Of a stretch of DNA of 64,000 nucleotides, positions 37,527-49,419 are shown in pieces. This DNA is from Lingula anatina. Lineage: Eukaryota > Animalia > Brachiopoda. Position numbers and translations under genes: made by a program. How positions within the stretch are numbered: position 1 is the stretch's first letter; each line of letters opens with the position of its first letter. The stretch covers positions 5,766,001-5,830,000 of the forward strand of contig CM120642.1 in NCBI GenBank assembly GCA_051362555.1, written 5' to 3'. Below the pieces are notes generated by a model that saw nothing but the letters and a program-made list of their open reading frames with translations, did not search any database and was not told the origin of the DNA.

Positions 37527-40500
37527 CTACGCATCGGCATATAATTTCTTGACGGAATAAGGAACTTTGGACCACTTTTTCCTTGATTGCTTCACCCCGC
37601 GTTCCTCAGTGTAAAATGCGCTAATCTTTAAACAAGGGTAGCCCTTCAATGTGTTTCCCCAGTCTTGTTCGCACACTTTGCAGTAAATCTTCTTAATACC
37701 GAGTGCTCTCTGTTGACTGTTATGATGATCTCGGAAAAGGACGAAATTAGAAGCGAAGTCGGGATCTGGATTGACGTAGGATGATCCAATTGTACAAATA
37801 TCAGAGAGGTTGCATACGCGCCTTCCGCACAGCCCTTTGCAGATGAGTGTTACGTCGTCGGTGCGGTTTGTCTTTTTTTGTTCTTCCATCATCTCCCGCT
37901 TTTGTTTTCTTCTGTGGGCATCTTCACGCTGGAAGTCTTCAACAATCTGCAACATCTGTTCTGAAGGTATTTGCTGTATGCTAGAAACGGCCATTTTTGT
38001 GAGCTGTTCTAATAAAACATTCACTTCATGCTTCGCTGTTGTGTTTGCCGCACCGATAACTGCAATGGTACTTTTCGTTGTGCGTGCACGTCCACGTGAT
38101 TGAATGCTGTATATGTCATCAAACATGTGATCGTAGATAACAACCATGCCGCAGTTGGACTCGTGAATTCCTTCCCCACCGACACTTGTACTAATCAATA
38201 CTTTTGTTTCTCCCGATTCAAATTTCTTCAGTATTGCCGTCTGTGTCTCAGGTGACATCCCGCCCTTCTCCGATGATTTTATTCCCATAAACACATCGGC
38301 ATTGAGCTGATGCAAATCTGTAGCATTGTTTATCCATCGTTTCATCGCCTCGGCTGCCTTTTTAGTCTTGACGAAAATCATTGCTGTAATTCAATTAAAA
38401 ATAGTTTCACCATGTTTAATATTTGATAGAAATTAAATACTGACGGAGTAGACTCCTTTCCTGTTTCATAGAGAACTGGAAACTCGTCTGTATTTTGTAC
38501 ATTGGTTTCCAGAGTTTTCAATTAGTAGAACTAAGATTGCCATCTTTTTTTAAACATTTTCCAAAATGTTACACTTTGTAACTTACCTCTAAATGGAAGG
38601 AAATTTTCTTCCTGTTTCCTTTGTTTGGTCAGTACCTGTTCTTTCAGAAGCTTTAGTTTTGGGGGTGTCCTTTCATTTGACGCAAAAGAGCTTAGTTGTG
38701 GTACATTGTCTGAAAAAAAGCATGTAAGTGATTATAAATTTCGTATGGGAGAGATTTCGGTCCTTCATTTACATTTTACAAATGTTTCTAATTAAACTTT
38801 CTCTGCAAAATTAAAACTTTTAATTTTTATTTCAATGCTCGTTCCAAATCCTATATCTTTGTTGTTCATGTACACATGCACTCACAACGGCAACATTTGA
38901 TACATATTTCTATTTGTCATATAAATTCTTTCAATCATAAACAAAACATGCAACCTAATATTCAGACTTAACTATTTTATGCTTTCAAGTAGTGCTTTAA
39001 CTATAGCTGTTAAGGAGCATCTGTTATCTCTGTTATTGTGTTTCTGTTTAAAAATATAACTATTTGGTAAACGAGTGTCCAATACCTTTAAAAAGCTTTA
39101 GTAGTCTTCTCTCCATGGCTCCAAAACCACTTTGCCTTTTCTTGCGTTCCATTTCATTATAGAAGTCCTCCAGAGATTTAAGCCCATCTTCCATTCGCAT
39201 TGAGCTGCAGAACTCCATTGCTGAAACATAAGATTTTCAGTGAAAGTGTTGACATTTAAATTTTTGTGCAAGCTACATTAAACTGTTATGACAAATGCTG
39301 CTATCGAAGTAAACACCCCATGAAAACGATAGCCACCGTTATTACGTCTAGTAAAATCTGAAACCTTTCAGGGTATTTGCCAAAATCAACGATGATTTGC
39401 ACCGAGTTTTAGCCAAGCTTAAATTTGCAAAACGGCTATCTGTGCTCACCTGTCTCATTTTCAGTTTAAACATTTCATTTTGTTAAAGAAAATACATTAA
39501 CTCCCATAATTGTGTCGACTCTAATTGTACTAAACGGAGTATGATCTCTTATTAAAGGCCACTTTTTCTCTTCTTTATAACCTTAATGTCTGTCAGTGTA
39601 ATAGATATACCGTGCTTTGGCATTGCCAAAGAGAAAAAGTTTTTGTCCCAAGGAAACTATAGCGTAACAAAGCGTACATATTAAACTTACAAATCAAGAC
39701 ATCAATATGTCAAGTGTCTCACACATTATTCTTACCACTGTTATATTCTAACAAATGTTCCAAACACAAGAGGCAATCCCCGGTGTTAGGACCGTCGTCT
39801 TCAAGAAAAGCCTTTTTCTTCTCCTCTACAAATGACATGTATTCCTGTGTGCCCTTGGTACTGCCCGTAGAAACTTGTATCCTGCTTTCTATCTCACCCA
39901 TCATGGACGCCAAAAGGTCATTGAATGGATTCTTTCGTTCCTCCACCTCAATGCAAACCTGGTCTATGGGCTCCAGTTTCATTTGGTTTAATTCTTCCAG
40001 GTTGTCCTTCACCGTAACAATGCGACGGGCGTCTAGATTGGCACAAAGCTTAAGAATGTGATGTGCAACACTTTCTGCGACTGGTCGTTTTCCCCCTCCA
40101 GGACTGGCGGTCAGCCCAACGATCTGTGGTAACTTTCCCTCCCCTGTTTTACCCAACTTCAACTTCTGTTCAACGTAAAATGACATGATTTGATTGTAAG
40201 GGTGGTCATTGTCTGCCTTGCAGTGATGGCACTCATCGAAGATGATTAGGGAGAAATCCATAATACTAACATCCTTCGACTCCAGTGAATTTTTCAAGAT
40301 GTTGTCAACGACTATAATGATGTCTTTGCGTCGGAGAAGTACACTCAGTGGCACATTCGAGTTTGACGCACCGCTGCGTTTGCCAGTGCTCCATAGCGGC
40401 ATGTATTTCTTGAAGTGTTTGAAGGTTTGTTTTAGGAGGGCAAACCGTCTGGTAACAAAGGCCACTTTTGGTAACTTTGAACTTTGTGTGTCCACGACGG

Positions 40501-41032
40501 CCTTCAGTTGAGTAACTTCGTCAACATTATTGCTGTCACGAACAGCAGGCGCAGTATGACAAGACGTTACGCTAGACGGGTTCACAGGTGTTTTCAATCG
40601 AGTGACGTCGTCGTCGTCGTCTAAAACTTTGGGCACAGTATTCCCCAATGAGGTCGCAGCCGTTTTCAATTCAGTTACATCATCATCTCCCCTGCCCGAA
40701 GTTGCCGCAGTCATCGTAGAAGCACATCTCTTCTCGAGGTGGTTTTTGGCAATCATTAAAGCCACGAGGGTTTTCCCGCTGTTTGGTGGAGCGTAGATAA
40801 TGCAGTTCAGCCCATCCATCGCCGGCTGAGCAAGTTCCTTCTGGTACGCCCTTGGTTTCAGGACTTCTGGCTGGATGCTATATTAAAGATATTATTATAT
40901 GCACGCGTATTTTATATTTTGTGATATATAAATTAAAATGAAAATAAAGACAGTGATAATTTTATGAAAAATTCCAACAATATTGAAACTTTTTATTGCT
41001 GATTATCATCTGCGAACATCTGCGGTAAATTA

Positions 41033-41063
<31 letters not shown>

Positions 41064-44000
41064 ATATTTTGCCAGGTAAATTACAAGGAACTCCTTCCAA
41101 GTAATTGTGCCATCATTTTTTGTTAATTAATCTTATTGGCAGCAAACCGCACGAAATAAGTACATGCATATAGGAGCTAGAAGTATATTTCATTGTAAAA
41201 ATAAAGGGAATTTCAAATACGTACAATTGTTAAAGCAAAATATGTACATGTATTACCTCAGAGTGTTTACAGAACCGAATTTGCTTTCTTTCCAACGCAT
41301 GTCTTCCAGCATCGAGGACAGATCTCTAGGTGGAGCCACCAATTTGCCTTTCCCGTTACCTAATTAATAAGAATGAGTTGAATTTTTTGTGTGGATGCCC
41401 GATATCTGTCACATCTTTTTTAAAATATTAAAATATGGTGATGTCAAAATAAAATGTATTTCTAATTATCTTCATATTTAGGTAAATGTTGTGATTCAAT
41501 TGCTGCTGCATTTGGCCACACATTTCACACCATTCACGAAGAAAATGAACATTTGGTTTGAACAGGACATTAAGATAAGTTATGTGTCCTTATTTAAGCA
41601 TACTATACCTGGGAAGAAATACATTTTCTTGCATAATGTATGAGTGACTTCCGACATCTGCTTCTGATTTTTGGGCGTCGATAATCGGGAAACGTGACTG
41701 TTAACCTAAAGATTGTACATGAATAAGTTGAGGAGCAGAAAACACACTATAAATCAACATTTAATATAAAACATACATGTCTCCATTCAGATAATTTCTG
41801 ACATTTACAAGAGTGAAAAGAGCCAAACTGGGGGACAGAAAATGTGCGTTCTGCCAAAATAAGCATGTTTCCAAGATGGGAACCTCTCATTGGTGTATTC
41901 TACTTATATCCGACAAATAAAATGGAACTTCATTCGAATTTATTTTCAAAAGGGACAACAAAATTATTATGTGAAGTACATATAAATCTGAGAGCTATGA
42001 TGACCTAAAAGATGTAAGTTTGATGAGATGTTTTCCAGTATGGAACCATCCATTTGAACGTTTACATATTTGGCGAGTTTAACATCAATATCATTCTCAT
42101 GCCACTCCTTCGTTTTTTATTGGTATCACAATTATGTCTTGATTCATTTATATCAATTAGATATTATTTTATGAACTTCAGTGATTCTTCGTGGAATAAG
42201 ATATGAAAAAAAAGAGAAGAAAGAGGAAAGCACCGCCAAAAAATCAGTATTTAAAACTTCATTGAGTAATTGTGTTCTGATAGGTCAAGCACTGTTGAAC
42301 TCGGAAAGATGTTCTCCCTCATATCTATAACAAGCATATGACGCTTAAAGGGATAATAACTCTTCATTTTGGCAAAAAAATGAATTTTCCTGGAGTAAAT
42401 AACAATTTTCCCATACTTACCAATGGTTAATGAATCCATTTTTACATTCAAAGTTAGTCCCTGGTTTTTTTTCTAAAAAGTTTGGTTTTTTTGTTAAAAT
42501 CTCTTAAGAGATTATAACAGAGTATAGCCATCAGTGGAGGTCACGTGATCTGAAGACAATCTCAGATATCAGAATAATAGCTATAACTGCTGTTTTTGTC
42601 GTAAAACAGAATATATTATATTTCTATGAGTTATTCACAATGTTTCTATTGTGAAATATAGATCTCATACGAAGAGTTATTGTCCCTTTAACTGACGCGA
42701 TATAAGTTGGCGCCTGGTGACTAAGTTTTGGCACCTTTGCAATGTTGTTGGCATACAGAGAAGCTAAGATGAATCAGCCGAAAACTGCAGCAAATGCACA
42801 CAATACTTTGAGGTCAAACAGGCTGATTACATTACTATCTTCAGGCAATATATATCGTATTTTTTTTCGTTTAGTTGGACTTAATGTCGCTAAAAAATTC
42901 TGACAAAATCATATGGACTTGCTTGGCGCCTAACCCTATACATTCACTGTATTTTTCATGGGTGCATGAGGGTGTACCACCCCCCCTCCCCCGCACTCTC
43001 CTATAAGTGACTGCATGGCTAATATTGTACATCACCTGTGTAAACATCGACACCACGTCCTCCTGACATGAAAGTTTACTGAAAACATCAACTATGGCTT
43101 GGATGAACCACGTGCCCTTCTTTGCCTCTCGATATGAAACGTATTCTGAAATAAAAAGAAATCTGAACAGGTTTTATGTTGGGATATACCAAAAACACTT
43201 TTTTGCGACTGTCACAGTTGCTACATGTACACGCATAATCCAAAACACCAAATAAAAAACGAACAACACTTACCACTTCCACATTTTTATACCTTTAACG
43301 TTTTTGCTTTGTTGGAATGATTGGATGGTAGTCTATAGCGTATTACTACAATTTAACAGCTGAAAAACAGTTTAGCTATTTTTACCTTCTGTTGTTGCCT
43401 TTGCAACTAGTCGGTCGCTGTTGGTCGGACGGATGTCGTTTCCATATGCTTCTGCGTCCACGCACACCGTATTTTCGGCGCCTACATTAGATTTAAATGT
43501 CAACAAATTCGTCATACTTTATGGTTTCCTAAATACATGTACGATATAGGACAAATTAATTTATTAAAATACATTTTAACACATTTGTTGAAACATACGG
43601 TTTTAACAGGTAAAGCAGCCTGAGTTTAAGGTCAATCAGGGTGTTCTTAAAGTGGGGGTGGGTGGGGGGTGGGGGGTAAATCCAAAGTGCGGGCAATTCT
43701 TGAGCATAAAAACAATAAGTTTTTTCCTGGGGTCAACTTTCAAAATTTGACAATTACTAATAATACCCAATCCCTGTTGCATTTGATGAAAAGGGTGCGA
43801 AATAATTTCTAAGTTCCTGACAAACTCATCGATTTTGCCTGACCTTATTAGGTTTATTTTCAACCACGAAATGAAACATGCCGTGCTCTCTATATGAAGA
43901 GCAGTATCGCTTGTCTGTGGCGCACAATGCGCGGTTGCGTTTCATATAACAAAAAGAAAATAATTATAATAAATTTGAACAATTTTACTCTCTACAATCC

Positions 44001-45121
44001 CTTTTTCGATTAAAAATAAGAATGACAATACCAGGCGAATCTGTTTCCTCTTCCTCCTCACTTTCCCCTTCATCAGTGCAGATAGCACCTTCGTCCCTCT
44101 TCTCTGGAAACATGAAAACCCCATCTTTACTCAGTAATTTATAACAGAATGTTTTGAAAGGCAAAAATTAAATTGATGACAGAAAGACAAATGAAAAAAA
44201 ACTGATATAAAAGGGAGGGACTTACTTCCTTGGCACGCCTGGATAAAGAACAACTTTGGCTTTCCTCTTAATCCGGGGCACGATTTGTTATTAAAGAAGC
44301 TGAAAATCTCCTGGTAATTCACAAATTTTAAATCCGTTCCGTATACAATCCCTTTATCTCCGTGACTGAGAATTACAAACACGAAGGAGTCAAGGGATTC
44401 GTGCACAGGATTTTGACTTTCTTCTCGTAAAGCATCTTTGATCTCCTGTAAGAAAATAATATAAATAATATAAAAACATTAAAAAACAATATAAGTTAGA
44501 AATGTGATTAACAATTTTCTCACGTAAATTATCTGTGTTCATAATTGACAATATTTAATATAATCAAACATAGTTTAGAAGGTTCAGCAGTTCAGTTATT
44601 GCAAGAAGACGCTTAATCCAATCATTATAAACAGATTTGCAAGACGTCACTTAACCGAATCAATATAAAATGATAACTAGAAGAAAAAGATTTCTTTCAC
44701 GTATCAAATCAAAGAAATAAAAAATCAATTGATATTGAATATCAAGTGATAAATCATTTGAAATAGCATATGGTTCAATGTCACTGAATTATCATAGATA
44801 ACAGCGATTCTTAAGTTCATGAAGTTTTTCATCCACTCGATACATTAACTTGGGATATTTTTTATCCACCCGACACATCATCCTGACTATGCTTACCTGT
44901 GCTTTTAAATCGTGTTTGACTACGACCTGATAGTGAAGTCCCGTAAATAATTTCTCCAACATGGCGACGTCGTGCTCTGTTCCACGTCGATCTCTTTTCC
45001 CGTCAAACTTTTTGTTGTTTATGACTAATACTCTGCCCCTTGGTGACGATATGTTCTTGTAATTCTGCAAAGACAATAGGGTTGGGATATATAACATTGC
45101 AGCCCACATAATACCCGTAAC

Positions 45122-45161
<40 letters not shown>

Positions 45162-46829
45162 GGAGAGAGAGAGGGGGGGAGAGAGAGAGAGGGGGGAGAG
45201 AGGGAGGGAGGGAGGTCTTCTCAGCATCTACTGTGACTTTTACTTTCATTTGTAACACAGATCATTAAAATAGAGAAAGTTAAAATAACCTTCAATTTTA
45301 TAGATTTTACCTTCTCAAAATCCGTACTGTGTTCTCTGTAAAACGATTCTGAGCAAGGGGGGATTTTCAACCCAATGTTTTCGTCTCCATCTGAATAACA
45401 TACAATTCTTTCAGTGCCATGTTAAACATAAGTCACTTGTGAATAAGCCACGTTGGAAGTCAATTATTAGTTTTTTTTTCAGCAAGTTTCATTTGTGCAA
45501 AATCACGGATCCAATATGTGAACTGATGAGATAATAGCATTCAACCTTACTGAAATAAAACAAGAACGTACCAATATCCTCGCTCCCAGAGCTCTCCCAT
45601 TCCCCCTCGTCCATATCTCGCCGACTTTCCTGAAACTCTTCAAAAAATATCAAAAGCTGTACAATTTCCATATATAGAGGCATTCATATGCATATCGCAC
45701 CATGGAACAGACGATAATTGCAGAAATTTAAACATCACAACTCAATTACTTATTTTGTCCTTTCGTGCTCAACAAGAATGTGATTTTAAAACATGGATTT
45801 TCAAGGCAGTAGGAACAGTAATCGGCAATAATTAACCTCGAGGATTGTGTATGAAGTTTATCTTAACTTACCATTTTCCAAATCCACAGCCAATTGCTTA
45901 AAAAATGTGTCACCCGCCTGTCGTAAAGCACGAACGAGATCTCGAAACCAGGACTTGCGTGACGGCAGGTTGTTCAGAATATCCAGTATCCGTCCAAGCG
46001 TTTCCTGCTGCGTTGAAGGACTTTCAGTACTATTGCCAACAAGGTTCGCTAGCACCGTGAACAAGCGTTCTCTTTGGACACCATTAAGTTTAGGGATTTT
46101 GTATTTGCGTATTTCTCTTAGTACGCGGTCCTCTGGTTCCTCTTTCACGATGATATCCGCTCTAGAATTATCTTTGAAATACAAAATACATCACAGGTGT
46201 AAATTAAAAAGCAACCATCAACCAAAGATAACTGATATATGTTGCTAAAAACAATTATAGAATAGCTTCCTTATAATAATAATAATAATTTATTCAGTTG
46301 ATACATATAACATATACGGCAAAGATTGGTTTCTGTCGGAGCTCTCAAAAGTGAAATATGAAACCATTTGAGTGAAAGATGTAAAAATAAAATGATTAAT
46401 AAGGAATATCTTTAAAAAGACTTTCCGAAGAGCTGCTTAGTATATCTTGTACGCCATCAGTTAATTCTTTGTAAAGTTCACTATTTGCTATTTTAGAATA
46501 ATTCCTTGGAGCATATGAAAAGGTAACGGTCTATAAAAAAATGTCCGTGATGTTGTCTTAGCTTTTAAATTTTAGGCCATTCTTTTGTCACCTGCTGTAT
46601 ATAACAAGAAATACATAGATTACATTACGTATACTATTACTCTATTTAGGTGAACTACATGTAGGCCTTCTGCATTTGTCTTGAACTAAAGTAGATCGAG
46701 TTTTTGGTCCAAAGATTTAAACCAATCTTCCGGTTAAAGTTTCTTTTGGTGATAAGAAGAGCTTTCAATAATGTTCTTACCTTCAGGGGAAAACGTTTGT
46801 GGCTCTTCCATTGCTTCCACTGAAGCCAT
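37527..46829 (-). CDS. CARD-like + caspase (p20/p10) + RIG-I-like DECH helicase + CTD fusion protein, copy 1 (~1205 aa, 15 coding exons)
   Basis: Exons 46829-46781,46171-45872,45637-45572,45390-45311,45064-44897,44445-44226,44103-44032,43481-43386,43145-43036,41705-41609,41359-41257,40877-39736,39220-39086,38709-38587,38383-37527; all GT-AG, phases match, 3618 nt. Motifs: PRGRVLVINN, RRGT, LSHG, QACQG, VSYR, GTWFIQ, KKMYFFP; RAYQKELAQPAM, PPNSGKT, DECHH, GLTASP, IFVKT, QSRGRAR, CKGLC..CKVC..DWG..PCLKI..KKW. Confidence 0.9.
42349..42687. mobile_element. Kolobok/T2-like MITE, copy C
   Basis: TTAA|AGGGATAATAACTCTTC ... GAAGAGTTATTGTCCCT|TTAA; very similar to copy B. Confidence 0.85.
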
Positions 46830-47320
46830 GACTTTGTGTAACAGATATCGACTGAAAACAAATAAACTGGATGAAATACAGGAAGCAGTTTATTTTCATC
46901 AGCATACTGGTATCACATACAGGAGTATCAGGAGTATAGCAGTTATCATTTTTTCCACTCCTATCTCGGTCTTTCTACTATTTTTGTTTAATCTTGTATT
47001 TGGTTTATGTTATCCATCTAATATCATTATGTTAACATTTCCTTTTGAATTGCGCAAGAGGACGTGGTTGTCGAAAGGGAAACATTTAAAACCAAATCAA
47101 TTAATCAAAATAGTGTAAAACATCGAAAGCAAGTGCGGGGACGGGTCGTGCAATGATTCCTGTGTAGGAAAAAAATCGACTTGGTAGGAAGATCTAGAAT
47201 AAGACACATAGCTTCAAGGTTTAGGATACGGTTAACCCCCTGTCAATAGAAGGCCTCAATCAATAGGAGAGCAGCCTATTTTAGGACTACGAAAACTCCC
47301 GTTATCTTCTGATAATCAAT

Positions 47321-48175
47321 TTAAGGATATTGTAACCCTTTATTATCATCCAGATACCGAAAATGAGGTTTTTTACCTGCACAGGGGCGGATCCAGGAGT
47401 ATTTGAAAGTGGGGTCCGCGGATGCGAAGCCGACCCTCCCCCCCCGGCTCGGAAATTTTAGAGGGCGAACGGAGCCATTTGGTACGGTTTAAAACTATGA
47501 TTCCCCTAGTCAAAATTCTAATTTCAAAAGGGGACCAGAAAACGAAGGGGGGATCAGCACCCCCCTGATCCCCCTCTAAATACGCCAGTGCCTGCATCTT
47601 ATTATTTAAGTATGCACCTGTCTTTGTGCTGATTTAAAGCAAAGAAAAAAAAACTATATATAAAATATCGGCGTTTATATTTCTTGTTGCAATGTATAAG
47701 CATAGGCAACTCCATGCTTTAATCGTCAATTTAACACCTTTCTATTTTGAGGTGAGGTTGCAAGTCGACCAGTTGAGTACGGGCTACAATACCGTGCCGT
47801 CATTTTGCTTAAATGTTTTGTTATGAGCCCCTAATTACAGATTTTCATTAAACAAAGGCATTATTTTGCTTTATCAACCATAAAATCTGAAGTAAAACTT
47901 TTAAGAAAAATCGCTGGCACGATTTTGGAGAACCAAATCGTGTCATTAAATCGGCGTTGAAACTGTGATCGTGAGTGCTCAGGCAAAAGAGATATTTGAA
48001 AAACAGATTTTCAATTTTTACCCAAAAATCGCAATTATTACGTCACCCGTAAGGTCGACATGTGTAAATATTTATAAAGTCAGTCACTGAACACTCACGA
48101 TTTATCTATTACTCAAAAGAATGTATGTAAGACAGTAAATAAGGAGTTTTAGGCGAACCGTGACAGTATCCTTAA
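47321..48175. mobile_element. TTAA-flanked TIR element (TTAAGGATA...TATCCTTAA); related sequence at ~55830-56227 and 63888-64000
   Basis: Terminal inverted TTAAGGATATTGT / ACAGTATCCTTAA; internal blocks are shared with 55830-56227. Confidence 0.6.
47382..47590. mobile_element. CAGGGGCGGATC-type MITE with 6-bp TSD, nested in the TTAA element
   Basis: CCTGCA|CAGGGGCGGATCCAG ... CTAAATACGCCAGTG|CCTGCA; the homologous site near 55862 is empty. Confidence 0.8.
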
Positions 48176-48568
48176 CCAGTATAGGCGTAATTAATAGGCC
48201 TAACATTCAAATTTAAAGAAGGATCAAATAAATAAATAAAAAAAAAACTAATAAATAATATTTAAATGACTACTTGGCTAAGTGATTTTTTAACATTTTC
48301 TGACGGTGTTAATCCGTTATTGCATTCAGAGAGAGTCCTGTGGAGTTGGGTCGATCTACGTAGGCCGATATTTTTATTGGGAATGAGCCCTCACCTTAAT
48401 ACATAGGCCTACATGTAGTCCTATATGCATTGTACATTGTACTTGAAGCTAACTGTCAGGGGCCAGAAACATACATTTTTTTTTTAAATATTTTCTTGGA
48501 GCACTAAAGGTTTTAAGAGAGTCCCTGTGATGTAATAAATTTTATAATTAACACGTCACAAAACCTAC

Positions 48569-48840
48569 CTGTTTTAATCAGCTATAATCAGCGTCAAAAT
48601 AGACTTCCGTTACTATATTGGGTGGTTGTACAATTAGCTATAGTATTGCGTCTTGATCAGTCAGCGCTCAGTCGTCTCAAATGGGTCAGTGCTTTGCTAC
48701 GAAACCCAATGATCACCCTTTATACCAGCAAATTTTGTTGGATTTTCCGTCTTGTCTGGTTTCGCTTTGATTAACACGTAGGATGGGTTTCTGGTTAAAA
48801 ATAATCAATGGATGCTATTTTTAAAACATGGAACTTTCCG
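48569..48840 (-). promoter_or_regulatory. Putative promoter and first non-coding exon of copy 1, with IRF-E, kB-like and ETS-like motifs
   Basis: Donor-like CAG|GTAGG at 48569; ACGGAAGT at ~48603-48610; AAAGCGAAACC (minus strand, 48758-48768); GGATTTTCC at 48740-48748 and GGAACTTTCC at 48830-48839. Confidence 0.45.
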
Positions 48841-49094
48841 TACGTCCCACAAGGCGTTTAAAATTTCAAATTTAATCAATTTATATTACACCCACCCTGA
48901 AGTGATATTCATTTTCTTGTGTTATAGTTCATTGAGTATGGTCTTTAATTTCAGATAGTGAATGCTATCGTAACGCAATACATGAAATACGCTTGACTAT
49001 GGGATTTGGGATATCTTGGAAAAAAGTGGCCTTGAAATGGAACAAACAATACGTCGATACTGACAGTCGTGATTTCTGATTTATGGTTATCAAA

Positions 49095-49240
49095 GTGGGG
49101 GCGTCTCGATAGACCGAAGGTTCATTGGTCCGAAGGTTCATTGGTCCGAAAAGTGGTAACATTTTCATCGATTTTTTAATCACGGGTTCATTGGTCCGAA
49201 GGTTCTATAGTGAACATTCGGACCAATGAACCTTCGGACT
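49095..49240. repeat. Short element with GGTTCATTGGTCCGAA direct (x3) and inverted copies
   Basis: Repeats at ~49119, 49135 and 49185; inverted copy TTCGGACCAATGAACC at ~49217. Confidence 0.7.
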
Positions 49241-49419
49241 CTCATCAAGGGAAAGCTGTTGGTAAAAATAGGCAAATTAATGTAATATTGCTGACGTGGA
49301 TAAAAGATAAGCAGTTTGCAGATATGTGACCTAAGTACTCCCATGATAATTGACCTAATTTGACACAAGATGTTTTGATGATTAATATATTGCAAAAGTT
49401 ACAGTTATTACAGGCCTAC

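Noticed and set aside
39736-40877. Dicer or FANCM helicase identity
   Set aside because: The C-terminal CxxxC/CxxC CTD with DWG and PxLKI, and the absence of RNase III/PAZ domains, indicate the RLR family.
41580-41608. Stand-alone caspase ending by read-through (…FFPGIVCLNKDT*)
   Set aside because: The read-through tail is not conserved in copy 2, whereas the donor and the downstream in-frame linker exon are. It remains possible as a minor isoform.
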